Origin: Takakia lepidozioides
Lineage: Eukaryota > Plantae > Bryophyta
Assembly (NCBI GenBank): GCA_030704615.1
Contig: CM060731.1
Location: forward strand, 8,928,001 to 8,992,000
Direction: 5' to 3'
DNA: 64,000 nt
The translations under genes and the position numbers were made by a program. This document shows positions 1 through 12,106 of the stretch, one piece after another. Numbering within the stretch: the first letter of the stretch is position 1; the number at the start of each line of letters is the position of its first letter. Below the pieces are notes generated by a model. That model had not been told where the DNA came from. It searched no databases and worked only from the letters and a program-made list of their open reading frames with translations.

Positions 1-13
1 GTCAGTAATCCAA

Positions 14-2581
14 TTGAGAATTGGAAGCACAGAACTAACTGATGTACTGATAGATGGAGGCTTTGGAGTGAACGTCATGACAGACCAATTAAGGCAGAAG
101 CTTGGTCTAAGTAACATGAAGCCAGCCCCATTTACAGTAACAATGGCAGATCAAAGAAGTGTACAGCCATTGGGATTGATAAGAGGAGTTAAGATACAGA
201 TTCAAAAGATGATCTTTATGATCATCATAACTGTGTTAAAAATGGATGAAGTCATGGAAGCTTACTCCTTATTGTTGGGACGTCCGTGGCTGAAACAGGC
301 CAGGGTATTCCATGACTGGAATTCCCAGTTACTAATTGTGCATAATGGGATGCACAAGATACAAATTACCACTAAGAAATCTAGTAGATTACTTGCTACG
401 AGAAGACCTCGAGGGGTCAGAGAGTATGACTGGAGGGGAGGACTGGATGAGGAGCAGGAAGCTACCCTGTTCGCTGCACACCCAGAGTGGGAACAGGTTG
501 CAGAGATGCAGCTGGAAGGCCTAAGTTGTTTAAAAGGTATCTCTTGTGGTGTAGTGACAACAACACCAATTGAGGGTGAAACAAGCAGTTACCCACCACA
601 TTTCTATGAAGAAAGAGAAGGAGAAATGGAAATCCTAGAGGAACCAGCCACTGTGAGTTTACAGGATGAAGTGGTGACTGGTTGGACAATCACAGCTGAT
701 GAGCAGGTGAGAGAAGTGAATGTGGGAACTGAAGAGGAACCGAGGATGGTGAAGGTAGGGGCTGATTTGGAGCCAGAATTTTTTGAGGAAGCTAAGAGTT
801 TGTTCATCAAATACAGAGATGTATTTGCTTGGAGCTACGAGGATCTAAAAGGGATACCACCTGAGATCTGTCAGCATAAGATTGAATTGGAACCAGGGTC
901 AGTACCAATCAAACAGGCAAGGTACAGAATGAATCCCAACTATGCACAGAAGGTTGGAGAAGAGATCAAGAAGTTGGCTGAGGCTAAGTTTATATACCCG
1001 ATAGAGTATACAACTTGGTTGTCACCCATTGTGATAGTTCCCAAGAAGAATGGTAAACTGAGAGTTTGTGTGAACTATAAGAAGTTGAATGCTTGCACGA
1101 AGAAAGATCATTTCCCTTTGCCATTCACAGAAGCGGTATTGGACACTGTGGCAGGCCATGAGATGTACTCATTCATGGATGGCTTCAGTGGTTATAATCA
1201 AGTGCAAGTGGCAGAAGAAGACCAGGGAAAGACAGCTTTCATCACAGACTGGGGTGCTTATGCATACAAAGTCATGCCTTTTGGACTTTGTAATGCACCA
1301 GCAACCTTTCAGAGAGTGATAAGTGAATCTTTTCATGAGTATCTGGATGATTTCATGCAGGTGTTCTTGGATGATTTCAGTGTGTACAGCTCTAAGAATG
1401 AGCACTTGCATAAATTGGAGTTATGTTTGGCCAGATGCAGGATGAGAGGTCTGGGCCTGAATCCAGAGAAGTGTACTTTCTGTGTGAACTCAGGGGTGCT
1501 TTTGGGACACATTGTGTGTAAGAGGGGACTTCTTGTGGATCCCAGGAAGACAGAGGCCATTAAAGCCTCTCCACCACCAGTAAATGTTAAGAGTCTAAGG
1601 AGATTCCTTGGACAAACCAGTTATTACAGAAGATTTGTCAAAAGGTATGCACAGATAGCAGCACCATTGAGCAAGCTTCTGAAGAAAGATGCAGTGTTTG
1701 CATGGACAGCTGAATGTCAACAGGCTTTTGAGGAACTTACATTGTCAGTAACAACTACACCTGTGCTGATTAACCCTCACTGGCATGTAGTATTTCATGT
1801 TCACTGTGATGCCTCAGGAGAAGCGTTGGGAGCGGTGTTAGCCCAAAATGTTACAGGAAATATAGATTCACCTGTGTACTATGCTAGCAGGTTGATGAAC
1901 AGTGCTGAAAGGAACTATAGCACAACTGAAAGAGAAGCACTGGCAATGATTTATGCAGTCAAGAAATTCAGGCATTACCTATTGGGAAGAAAGTTTATGT
2001 TTTATGTGGATCACCAGGCTCTGATATATCTGGTGAACAAACCTTTGATAAGTGGAAGGATAGCAAGGTGGTTAATAATCTTGCACGAGTTTGAGTTCGA
2101 AGTTGTTTACAAGCCTGGCCGTTTGCATCTTGTGGCAGATCATTTGTCACGCCTAACAACAGGAGAGCCCGCCACAGGAGTAGACGACCAATTACCTGAT
2201 GCGAGTTTATTTGCAATGGAGGTGCAAGGAAGTGCAGATGAATGGTTAGATTGGCAGTGGCCAATCAGATACTACCTTACTCATGGTCAGTGCCCACCTA
2301 GTTATGGTAAGGAGCAGAGGAAGAGAATCGCTATCAAGGCTTTACCTTATACTATGGTAGGGGGCAGAATGTATAAGCTAGGACCTGATGGAGTACTTAA
2401 ACGATGCTTGTACCACCATGAAGTAAATAAAGTTTTGAGGAAGTTCATAAAGGAGTGGCTGGAGGTCATTTTGGAGAAGAGACTACCAGTAGGAAGATAC
2501 TACTTGCAGGTTACTGGTGGCCTACTTTGTTCAAAGATGTACACAAGTATTGTCAGAGTTGTGATGAATGTCAGAGGCTAG
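14..2581 (+). CDS. pol: Ty3/Gypsy pol, family A copy 1: aspartic protease, RT, RNase H and start of integrase (5' part outside window; frameshift near 2440)
   Basis: LIDGG protease motif, KLRVCVNYKKLN, YKVMPFGLCNAPATFQR, FLDDF, RNase H CDASG/YSTTEREALA/DHQAL; Gypsy domain order. Confidence 0.95.
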   Translation: MRIGSTELTDVLIDGGFGVNVMTDQLRQKLGLSNMKPAPFTVTMADQRSVQPLGLIRGVKIQIQKMIFMIIITVLKMDEVMEAYSLLLGRPWLKQARVFHDWNSQLLIVHNGMHKIQITTKKSSRLLATRRPRGVREYDWRGGLDEEQEATLFAAHPEWEQVAEMQLEGLSCLKGISCGVVTTTPIEGETSSYPPHFYEEREGEMEILEEPATVSLQDEVVTGWTITADEQVREVNVGTEEEPRMVKVGADLEPEFFEEAKSLFIKYRDVFAWSYEDLKGIPPEICQHKIELEPGSVPIKQARYRMNPNYAQKVGEEIKKLAEAKFIYPIEYTTWLSPIVIVPKKNGKLRVCVNYKKLNACTKKDHFPLPFTEAVLDTVAGHEMYSFMDGFSGYNQVQVAEEDQGKTAFITDWGAYAYKVMPFGLCNAPATFQRVISESFHEYLDDFMQVFLDDFSVYSSKNEHLHKLELCLARCRMRGLGLNPEKCTFCVNSGVLLGHIVCKRGLLVDPRKTEAIKASPPPVNVKSLRRFLGQTSYYRRFVKRYAQIAAPLSKLLKKDAVFAWTAECQQAFEELTLSVTTTPVLINPHWHVVFHVHCDASGEALGAVLAQNVTGNIDSPVYYASRLMNSAERNYSTTEREALAMIYAVKKFRHYLLGRKFMFYVDHQALIYLVNKPLISGRIARWLIILHEFEFEVVYKPGRLHLVADHLSRLTTGEPATGVDDQLPDASLFAMEVQGSADEWLDWQWPIRYYLTHGQCPPSYGKEQRKRIAIKALPYTMVGGRMYKLGPDGVLKRCLYHHEVNKVLRKFIKEWLEVILEKRLPVGRYYLQVTGGLLCSKMYTSIVRVVMNVRG

Positions 2582-4004
2582 GACCTTTGCAGAGATTGGG
2601 AAGATGGCTTTGCATCCTACGATGCCTACTGAACCATTTCAGAAATGGGGACTAGACTTTGTTGGACCAATTAACCCACGAGCCAAGAATACACAGAACA
2701 AATACATAATTACAGCCACTGATTATACTACAAAGTGGGTGGAAGCTAAAGCTCTGAGGGACAACACAGCCAAGTCCACAGCAAGGTTCCTGTATGAGAA
2801 CATACTTACACGATTTGGCTGTCCCTTGGAATTTATCAGTGATCAAGGAAGTCACTTCATTAATGAGACCATTGAACTATTGACTAAAGAGTTCATGATT
2901 GTGCATAGGAAGAGTACAACGTATTACCCACAGGGTAATGGGCAGGCAGAGGCTACCAACAAAATACTATGTACTATCTTGGCTAAGATAGTCAATGCAA
3001 ACAGAACGGATTGGGATACAAAGCTGCTGACAGCTTTGTGGTCATACAGGACTTCATATAAAGTCACCACTAAGTATACACCATTCCAATTAGTTTATGG
3101 TATGGAAGCTTTACTTCCAGTGGAATTCTTGTTACCTACCATGAGAACTGAATGGGGAAAAAGAATGGAATTGGAAGATTCAATTAAGGTCAGGAAACAT
3201 GAATTATACCATGTGGAAGAAGTACGTGCTGATGCAGCTGATAACATGACCAGAATTCAGATGAAGAGGAATGAACAGTTTGATGAAGGCAAATTAAAGA
3301 CTTTTAAGACGAGAGATTTGGTTCTCTGGTTGCAGAAGAAGGGGAAGATTAAAGCTTCTAAGCTTAAATCACCATGGAAGGGACCTTATGTCATACAGAA
3401 GATGTATGATAACGACACAGCCATGTTACAAACCATTAACAAAGAGATGCTGGGAAGAGTCAATGCCAATAAGTTGAAGGGGTACAGTGGTATCCATGAC
3501 AAACCATTGCAGCACGATTTGCATGTTGAAACGCAAAAGCAGTCACGGGCTGCGCCAGTGATACCAACGGAGTATGGAGCATTTGTTGCTAAGCCGAGCA
3601 TATATGACCAGGGTGGGAAGTACAGGTGTTCACATATCTATCACAACCCATCACAGCGTGACACAGCCTATCACAGCCCATCACAACATGACACAGCCTA
3701 TCACAGCCCATCACAGCGTCACACAACCTATCACAGCCCATCACAGCGTCACACAGCCTATCACAGCCCATCACAGTGCCACACAGCCTATCACAGCCCA
3801 ACACAACCCATACAGATTACACAATCCATAGGGTCAGTGACAGGTGGACGCGAATTAACGTTAGAAAAGTGGCCATCAAGTGAAGAAAAAGTTTGGAAGT
3901 CAAACTTGGAGAATGTGCCACGCGGAGAGGGGAAGACGGGGGCATGTTTAGGACACGTGTCGGCTAAGGTGAAGCACACCGCGCTGCATCGATTGCAAAA
4001 GTGA
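2455..4004 (+). CDS. pol: Integrase of family A copy 1 (HHCC zinc finger in frameshifted 2455-2655 segment, rve core, C-terminal repeat extension)
   Basis: GGHFG...CQSCDECQR, WGLDFVGP, SDQGSHF, YYPQGNGQAE, WKGPY. Confidence 0.93.
3639..3810 (+). repeat. ~5.5 x 30-bp tandem repeat encoding (TAYHSPSQRH)n in the integrase tail
   Basis: tatcacagcccatcacagcgt(g/c)acacagcc repeated; the peptide repeat is visible in the ORF track. Confidence 0.9.
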
Positions 4005-4590
4005 GTTTCATCATGCAAGAGGACAAATCGGGCCGTCAAAGTACCTACCCGGTACAACAACTAATACTAATTGTGGGCCCATTAATGCATTCAGTGCCAG
4101 GGTAACGGAACCCTTTTCGAGTTCAGAAAAGAGAAACCTATGCCACATGTGTTGTCCTACTGGACATTCCAGGTGGAAATGTCCATGGAGGGGGGTGGAA
4201 ATAAGGAATTATCTAAGCAGTCCACAGCCAATCAGGAGTGAGAATTACATGCAGGTGGTTCCCTCCAAGAAACAAGAACAAGAAATAGGAAGAGTTATGA
4301 GCGGAAGAGTCGGAGTGGCTCTGAATAGCCAAGCTCTCGACGGAAGGGCTAATCAAAGCACTAGCCTGGTAGCTATGGCAGATGTAACCGATTACACACT
4401 CGCTTTACTTCTCACGCAGTGGCGCAAGGACGGACGCATTGAGAGTATATTTTCTCTCACTCGTTACTTGCAAGCCCCACATGCTTACACGCACTTACTT
4501 GTTCCATTCTGTGCCAACCATACCTTCATGCTCTGTGCCCTGCAAGCTTTCCTTCAGCTGTTTCAAACAAAACCTTTCTGTTTGTCTAGA

Positions 4591-7500
4591 ATGAAGAGAG
4601 TGAGGGGAATGGAGGATATCAGGGTGAAGAGCACCACGATACTGCAGAAGCAAACAATTGCGGCACCGCAGGCAGTACAGCTGCTAAGGGAGTTGCGATT
4701 GGAGGGGCTGTTACGCAAGGACTGGTCCTTGCATCATCGGCAGTTTATGATACAATTTCTTCAGAACTTTGAGCCTCGGACGGGAGTTACTCAGGTGAGG
4801 GGAGTAGATATAGAAATTACTCCCCAGTACCTGCAGCAATTGTTTGATTTGCCATCAGGACATGTGGATGTGGATGAACACAAGGCAAGATTGCAGATAG
4901 GGAATTTGTTCCAAGAAGGGAGTTTCTTTCAAACTCAAGGTTACGCTTGTACCAAAGCCGAGTACCCAGGGCTTAGGGAAGTTGGCCAAATATTGAACGT
5001 TCTGTTTGCCATGAAACAGAACCAACAGTATTTGAGCAGGTCATTCACAGAGGAGATCATGAAGGCTTTGAGGGGAGAGGATGTCGCTTGGGCGGAGTTA
5101 ATGTACAATGGATTGGTGGACGAGATGAAGAGGTTACAGGGCACTGCTGCTAAGTCTCCGATCATTGTGTCTGGTCCAGTCATTGCCCAAATCATTCTTG
5201 ATTCTTGCATACTTGATATTCGGGAACGTAAGGAGATGGGAGTGTTTGAGGCAGAAACCACTGCAATTGAAGAGCAGGGCTCTTCACACAGTGAGGGTGG
5301 ACTGGTAGGGCAACACCAGTCTAAGAGACAGAGGCGGGGTATGACTGTAGTGGCGGATCCACTGGCTTCACGGAAACCGCACGATAATGTTTCCCAAGCT
5401 CTTGTGCAAGATGGGGCACAGCAGCACAGAGAGCTGTTATTATTGGAAGCACAGCCTTCGGAAAGGGAAGAGGAAGTCACTTCGATACCACAGCCACCAC
5501 AACCAATTGACTCAGTTGTTTTAGAGGTTCCACAGTTCGTACATGCTGTGACATCACCCCCAATTGCTCTGGAAGGAGAAAGGTTGGACATTCCCACTAC
5601 AGAGCAGGTCGTGGCTGAAATTGAGAAGGGTGACCTTCTCTATGAAGACTCTGGTTTGGTAAGGGAATCAATGATTCTAGAGGTGCAGCGCTTGTCCAGG
5701 GAAAACCCTGCTGTGCATGTCATACCCACACCTGTGACGGAGGTACCAGGGGTAGAATATCAAGACACTGCAGCACCTGTGGCGGATGAGGTGGTTCAGG
5801 AAGAAAATCTGGTGGGGCAATGGCCTGAATGGTTGGTGAGGCATCACACTGTCGAGGATCAGGAAGAACAGCAGCAATCTCACCATAATGACACTCAGCA
5901 GGCCATGCTTATGAGTTCCATAAGCAGAACACTTAATTTGTTGGGCACTTATGTGAAATCCCATGTTCCATCTACCCAATTGGTAGCTTTGAAGGAGGAA
6001 CTCAGGAAGGAGTTTGAGGCTCGACTTGCCACTGAGTGTGCTAACAAGGTAGATGAGGAGGTCAATCTCAAGTTACAGCAAGAGTTAGAGGACACAAAGG
6101 CTGCTTTGTAGTTGGCCAAGGGACACCTGATTGAAGCCGGCCTCGAGCAGGACCAGTTACATGAAGCACATAAGCAACAGTTATACCAAATGCATGTGAA
6201 GCATGAGGGCAAGTTGCAAGAAATGTATGCACTATATACGGAGTTGCAGGCAGTACATGAGAGGATGACCATACAATGTGCTACACTCACAACTACTCTT
6301 GAGCAAACTGCATTAGAAGTTAACAGACAAAGGGAGAGATGTATGAAAGAAGAGGCAGAGATAATCGAACAGACGAAACTCATCGTTAATATGAAGAATA
6401 CAATCTGTCGCAATGAGAATACTTTCAAGCAATACAGACAGGTTGAGGCTGACCAAGAGAAGTATATCCTGGAGTTGCAACAAACAGTCATGGTCAATAG
6501 AAATGAACTCTCTGTGGCTAACAAGGCTTGGAAAGAAGCCAATAATCTGGCTGCTGCCTATGCGAGTTTGGTTGAACCTCATGCGAAGCGCATGGAGGCT
6601 TTACAACAGCAGTTAGATGTGTACAGGCTCACCGAGGAGCAGACTCTCAGGGGTGCCACACACGACTTGGTGGATAACCACCTTATGCAGGTCTGGTTAG
6701 CACAAGGGGCGGTGGAAGGCAAAGCACCACGGAAGCTCACCCAGGGCGAGATGAATGAGCTCAGACTGTAGGTGCAGAACATTGCCACAACTACTATAGA
6801 CAATGTCTATAGTAGGATAACGGAGCTACAGGAGGATGTAGAAGGCCTGCAGACTCAGGTGGATGACCTGAGTTCAAATATTGACAAGCGAGTCTTTGTA
6901 CCTGAGGAGCAGCTGATGGCTACTTATTTACAGGCCAGAACTCTAATTTTTCAGTCTTGTACGCAAGGGGTGCAGGAGATGCCAGTGGTAGAAGGGCCAG
7001 TGGTACCAATACCACAACAAGTGACTGTGCAGGTAGCTGACCATGTTGTTACTACAGCCACACCACAGCCTGAGGTATGGGGCGATGCTGCTTTTAACCC
7101 ACCTAAGACTCTTGCTGCACGAGAGTACACTCGGGCTATGATTATGCCCTTCAACCAAATTCCCATTGTGTTGGATTTGGCTTGGAAGGAATTTAGTCCA
7201 CCACAGTCGTTGGCTCATTACTACCAGATCATGCGCATTTGCCTGCCAGTGGCGACTAGGACTAAGGTTCTTCCGAACAATCGACCCATTGAGGATCATC
7301 ACTTTGCGAGGTACTGGACTGAAGCAGGTACCATGTTGAAGGAATTAATTGCCTTCTAAGTTGTACATGGGTACATTTATACCAAAACCAAGGAGGTATC
7401 AAGTATTGTCATGGGCTGTGGATTATACTATGCTGCTTGTTTTTTGGCACGTTATCACATTGAGCAACAGAAGATGCAATCGCAATTTCTGAGTTATTCC

Positions 7501-7760
7501 AGTGGGGATCATTGGGTCTTACCTTCAATGTCACCTCACATGTACCTATATGATGCAAAAGTTATGATGCAGAAGGATTCCCAACTTCGTTCATGGTTTC
7601 ATTTGGCTTGGAACAATTTGACAACACAGAAATTCGGCCCTGACGATATTTTCTTTAAGGGACATGAGGCATGGAAATACTTGCACTGTTCCCAAGTCAT
7701 TGGCACACCTCTTACCTATACAGATAAGGAGTTCAGGACGTTCACTAATTTTGCGTGCCA
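4591..7760 (+). pseudogene. Family A additional ORF downstream of pol (plant-transposon-protein/Athila-ORF1-like N-terminus, acidic linker, coiled coil, conserved C-terminal domain), broken by in-frame stops
   Basis: Same frame across 4147-6111, 6112-6771, 6772-7359 and 7411-; homologous copies at 12107-13629 plus 25545-27186 and in family C at ~36800-39594. Confidence 0.8.
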
Positions 7761-9142
7761 GCCAAGAAGAAACAGTGATCAGGACCACTATGGTAGGCCT
7801 GGTGGTTATAACAATGGCATGGAAGGGAGAGGTAATTCAAGAGGGAATTACCAAAGAAATTCCAGAGGCAACTATCAGGGTAATCCAAGGGGGAATTACC
7901 AGCCCGGGAATCAGGATTACAGAAATAATCCAAGAGCAGACCAAGGGCGAGGACCCAATGGTGAAGAACTATGTTACTATTGTAATCAGCCAGGACATCG
8001 CAAGGCAACCTGTTCATTCTGGATGAGACACCAAAATGAGATGAGAGCTCCTGTGAATGAGGGCCCAGTGGTGGCAGCTCACATGGTTAGGCCATGTGTT
8101 GTACCAGAAGTAAGTACAATGATAGTAACAAGAAGCAAAGCCAAACTAATACCTCGAGTAGTTGAGGAAGATGATGATAATGAAGGTGGCAGTGATATGC
8201 CTGAAGGTGATGAGGCTTGGAGAGATGAGAAGGAACTGCACAAGGAAGTGACAGATACCATAAGGGAAATGCAGAAGAGTACTGATATTCCTGTGGCAGA
8301 TTCCTCTGATTCTGATGGAGAAGAAGAAGTGAGTGAGGATGAAAAGAAGAAAGAAGATGCGGACATGCAAAGTAATGAAGGGACTTTGGCTGAAGTAATA
8401 TGCCAGACCAAAGCATAGATTACCATTGGACAGCTATTGGCTGTGGCACCTTATTGTAGACACAGGCTGTATCAAGCAATCAATCGAATTGCCCAGGAGA
8501 TAGGAAACACAGACCTGAACAGCAAGGTGACGAGTTATAATGTGAAGCCGGAAGGGCGAGAAACAGTCATGGACTTTGATGATTCTATGCCAGTAATCCA
8601 ATTGAGAATTGGAAGCACAGAACTAACTGATGTACTGATAGATGGAGGCTCCGGAGTAAATATCATGACAGACCAATTAAGGAAGAAGCTTGGTCTAAGT
8701 AACATGAAGCCAGCCCCATTTACAGTAACAATGGCAGATCAAAGAAGTGTACAACCATTGGGATTAACAAGAGGAGTTAAGATACAGATACAGAAGATGA
8801 TCTTTATGATCACATTAACTGTGTTGAAGATAGATGAAGTCATGGAGGCTTACTCCTTATTATTGGGACGTCCGTGGCTGAAACAGGCCAGGGTATTCCA
8901 TGACTGGAATTCTCAGTTACTAACCGTGCATAATGGGATGCACGAGATACAAATTACCACAAAGAAATCTAGTAGATTACCTGCTACGAGAAGACCTCGA
9001 GGGGTCAGAGAGTATGACTGGAGAGGAGGACTGGATGAGGAGCAGGAAGCTACCCTGTTTGCTGCACACCCAGAGTGGGAGCAGGTTGCAGAGATGCGGT
9101 TGGAAGACCTAAGTTGTTTAAGAGGTATTTGCTGTGGTGTGG
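7760..9142 (+). pseudogene. gag: Family A fragment: gag C-terminus with CCHC knuckle plus protease
   Basis: CYYCNQPGHRKATC; LIDGGSGVN; 8590-9140 is near-identical to 1-553. Confidence 0.88.
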
Positions 9143-11231
9143 TGTTGCTGGGGGGGTTACACAGCCCGTCACAGCCAACACAGCCCGTCACAGTCCGACA
9201 CAGCCCGTCACAGCCAACACAGCCCGTCACAGCCAACATAGCCCGTCACAGTCCGACACAGTCCGACATAGCCAGACACAGTCGTCACAGCCAATCACAG
9301 GCCGACACAGCCCGTCACAGCTCGACACAGCCGCCACAGCTTTGCACAGCCCTACACAGCCCGACACAACCAGTCACAGTCCGCCACAGCCTTACACAGC
9401 CAGTCACAACTTCGCACTGCTGGGGAACAGTTATCAATGGCAGGGAACGACTGTGAGGGAACGACATCTGCAAAAAAAAACGTGTACTACAGGGATGACG
9501 GTTAGTTAGGAAAGCGGTTAGAACAGCTTGTAGGGGGATAAAGTCAAGAAGGGGGACTTCTGGGATCACTTCTTGGGGGGATTTCGGACATCACTTCTGG
9601 GGGGGACTTCGGACATCACTGGGGAAAATGAGGCAGAGAGCGCATCTCTGAGCAGAAAGAGGGAGAGCACAGAGTAGGAGGAGGACGATCTGTTGATGCT
9701 TAATGAATGCAAGCAGTAGAGTTGTAATGTAGAGCAGATTAGAGACTCCATGGCTTCAGTCTGATACTTGATAGATATTAATCTGATACATACTTCATAC
9801 TCACACTGTGTAGAGAGATCTGAGTGAAGCTGTGGAATGAAGGGATGAGCTGATGGAATCCGATAGATTGCTGAAGCAAACTGATACTTAATTACCAACA
9901 GTAAGGTAACTAGCTAACATGAATGCGGGAAGGAAAACAAATAGGAAACACCCCCATGATACACTAGCTGTAGGTCATGACTGATTGTTCTGAGCGGGCT
10001 GAGTGCTTAGAGATTTCCAACTCTTATATCTTGGAGTTTCCGCCTCGGATAGCGAAGGGATGGGTGAGTAAAAGCCGCGCGACAGCAGCACGCAACATCA
10101 ACTCCCATTTGTCCGGACCCTTGCCACCAACCCCACCTCGTAAGAAATCACGGTATCGGGTTTGTTGTTGCAAGGCACGTATCAAATCATCTGTTGTTGC
10201 CACATACAAATCCCGACCTCGTTTCCCAGACTGCTGCAACCATGCGTTGTGCACAGTTTCTGCCAAATTGCAAGATGACATGTCCGCCATTTCCTCAATG
10301 GACATGTTCTGCAAAGTGCAGAACCACACTTCAAAATAGTGAACAGAAAACAACATAAAGAAAACGAGGACACAATAAAATGGAAAGCAAATGTATGAAA
10401 AAGCAATAAATATAAGCCTCGTACCAATGGCATGGCTGCTCCCCACTGTCTATACCGGAAGTGCCAAAACGCCAGCCAATCTTCCAATGCTCTCATACTC
10501 TCAAATGATGCAGCTCCAGAAGAGAACCACCAGGCACGAATTGTCTGGAACAAAGTGTCCGCCTCCTTCATTGTTCTAGCATCTTTGTACTCTTTGCACA
10601 ATTTACGGTGCTGAGTCTGCATCTCTGGTTTGATGTCCGACTTTGTATGTTTTTCCAGAGATTGTGTCCAATGGAATAGACATGTACGCTCTCTTCCTCG
10701 CATTGGCACTTTTGGGTCGCCCGATCCGAAGACAATACGAACAGCATTGAAATTTGCTTGAGCACTATCCGCCATGAAACCTGCGAAATTTGGAGATGGC
10801 AGCCCATGGTAGCCCATGACACGTATTAGGGAATTCCACATGAGCTTCTGGGATTCCGTATCCTCGGATTGCATGTCACAAACTGCAATTGTCATAACTC
10901 GTTGGTACACTGGATCGTAGACATGACAAGCCATTGTCGTCCAATCCTTCACTCGTTTCACATGATCAAACATAAGAAAACAGTTCTGCAAGTCCCCAGT
11001 CTTCTGCATCCGCTTCACGAGGCTAACCCCACTGCCCTCCCCAACAGTCGACATTTTGAAAAGAAAAACTTTGATGGCACCTTGACCTGGGAATACATTG
11101 TCCTGGATGTAATCGTACTTGCTCACTCGTTTCAATTCCAAAATATTGTCTATGTAGCCTCTGATCCCAGAGCCCATTCTCAATGCATTGATCTGATGCC
11201 GAATGTTCGGTGAACTTAAAGTGGAGAAATG
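9143..11231. mobile_element. Truncated module: CACAGC-repeat arm related to family A LTR arms, followed by a MULE-like transposase gene
   Basis: CACAGC repeats at ~9160-9410; gggaacagttatca..ggaacgactgtgagggaacgacat is shared, inverted, with ~31005-31050. Confidence 0.6.
10070..11231 (-). pseudogene. MULE/Mutator-like DDE transposase (bryophyte type), 5'-truncated, one intron at 10309-10424
   Basis: MFDHVKRV (D), FMADSAQAN (D), CLFHW (CxxH), LAETVH (E); the GT..AG intron joins the ORFs in frame. Confidence 0.8.
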
Positions 11232-12106
11232 GCTGGTTTATGACTTGGACAAAACAAGCTATTAACACTACTACCCATTTCTTAAGACATGCAACAGAGG
11301 TTGTCCGACGGTATGCTTTCAGAAATGATTATGAAGTAATCTTTTTAAGGATAGCTAAACCACAAACGTCGGATGAAGCCATATCTCTGTAGGCTGCTTA
11401 ATCCTATTGATTAAGCGCAATCTACAGTCTCTTAAGCATAAAAGGTCTTAGTCGAAACGACTGAAGCCTCTTGGTTCATACAAGCAGATGGTAGTCAAGA
11501 GAAAACAAGAACTATTCTGAGATGATACACATTATCACCATCTCACGTTCTCTCATAATGCACATTCTCTCCATCTCACATTCACTCTACACAGAGATAT
11601 TTCGAATAGCATGGCTTTACTTCAGAGCTCGTCACATCATCACAGAAGTACACAGAATCACTCTAAGTCCCTCTAAATACACATTGATCACTGATACTCC
11701 TACCGCACACCTTCTGAGTTGCGTGCAGTCTTTTTATACTATGCTCGAAAGAGCCATTACAGCCTGCGGTCGTTAATGACCGTTTGCCTAACTGCCTATG
11801 CAACCTAAAAGGTTTGTTAAAAAGTGGCTTGTTGTAGTGGTCGTGAGCCATAGTGGTAAACGGTCCACTACTCCCTCTATTGGTTAAAGCCGATGCTAAC
11901 GTGACCATGTGATATCGTGGTTCACGGCTCACGCTTACTACACTACCCACTACTGCTCTCGTGGTAATGTATCCTTGTCCCGCCATTGGTTAAGTACCGC
12001 GTACTTAGCCGTCTCTGCCTATGGCTCAGGTAGTGTACGTCCATCACTACCCGGTATGTCCCGTTGTGACCCTCGTTGTCTGTCCCTCGTAGCATAGCCA
12101 TTATCA
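11232..12106 (-). repeat. LTR of family C (inverted; probable original 5' LTR, last ~8 nt missing)
   Basis: Reverse-complement homologue of 39814-40613 with one ~67-bp indel; starts TGATAA on the minus strand; flanked by GAGAG at 12107-12111. Confidence 0.9.

Noticed and set aside
4147-7760. Retroviral env gene
   Set aside because: No convincing signal peptide plus C-terminal transmembrane anchor; acidic, coiled-coil composition.
11211-11231. LTR end at 11211 (TG..)
   Set aside because: This stretch continues the MULE reading frame (HFSTLSSPNIR); LTR homology stops at 11232.
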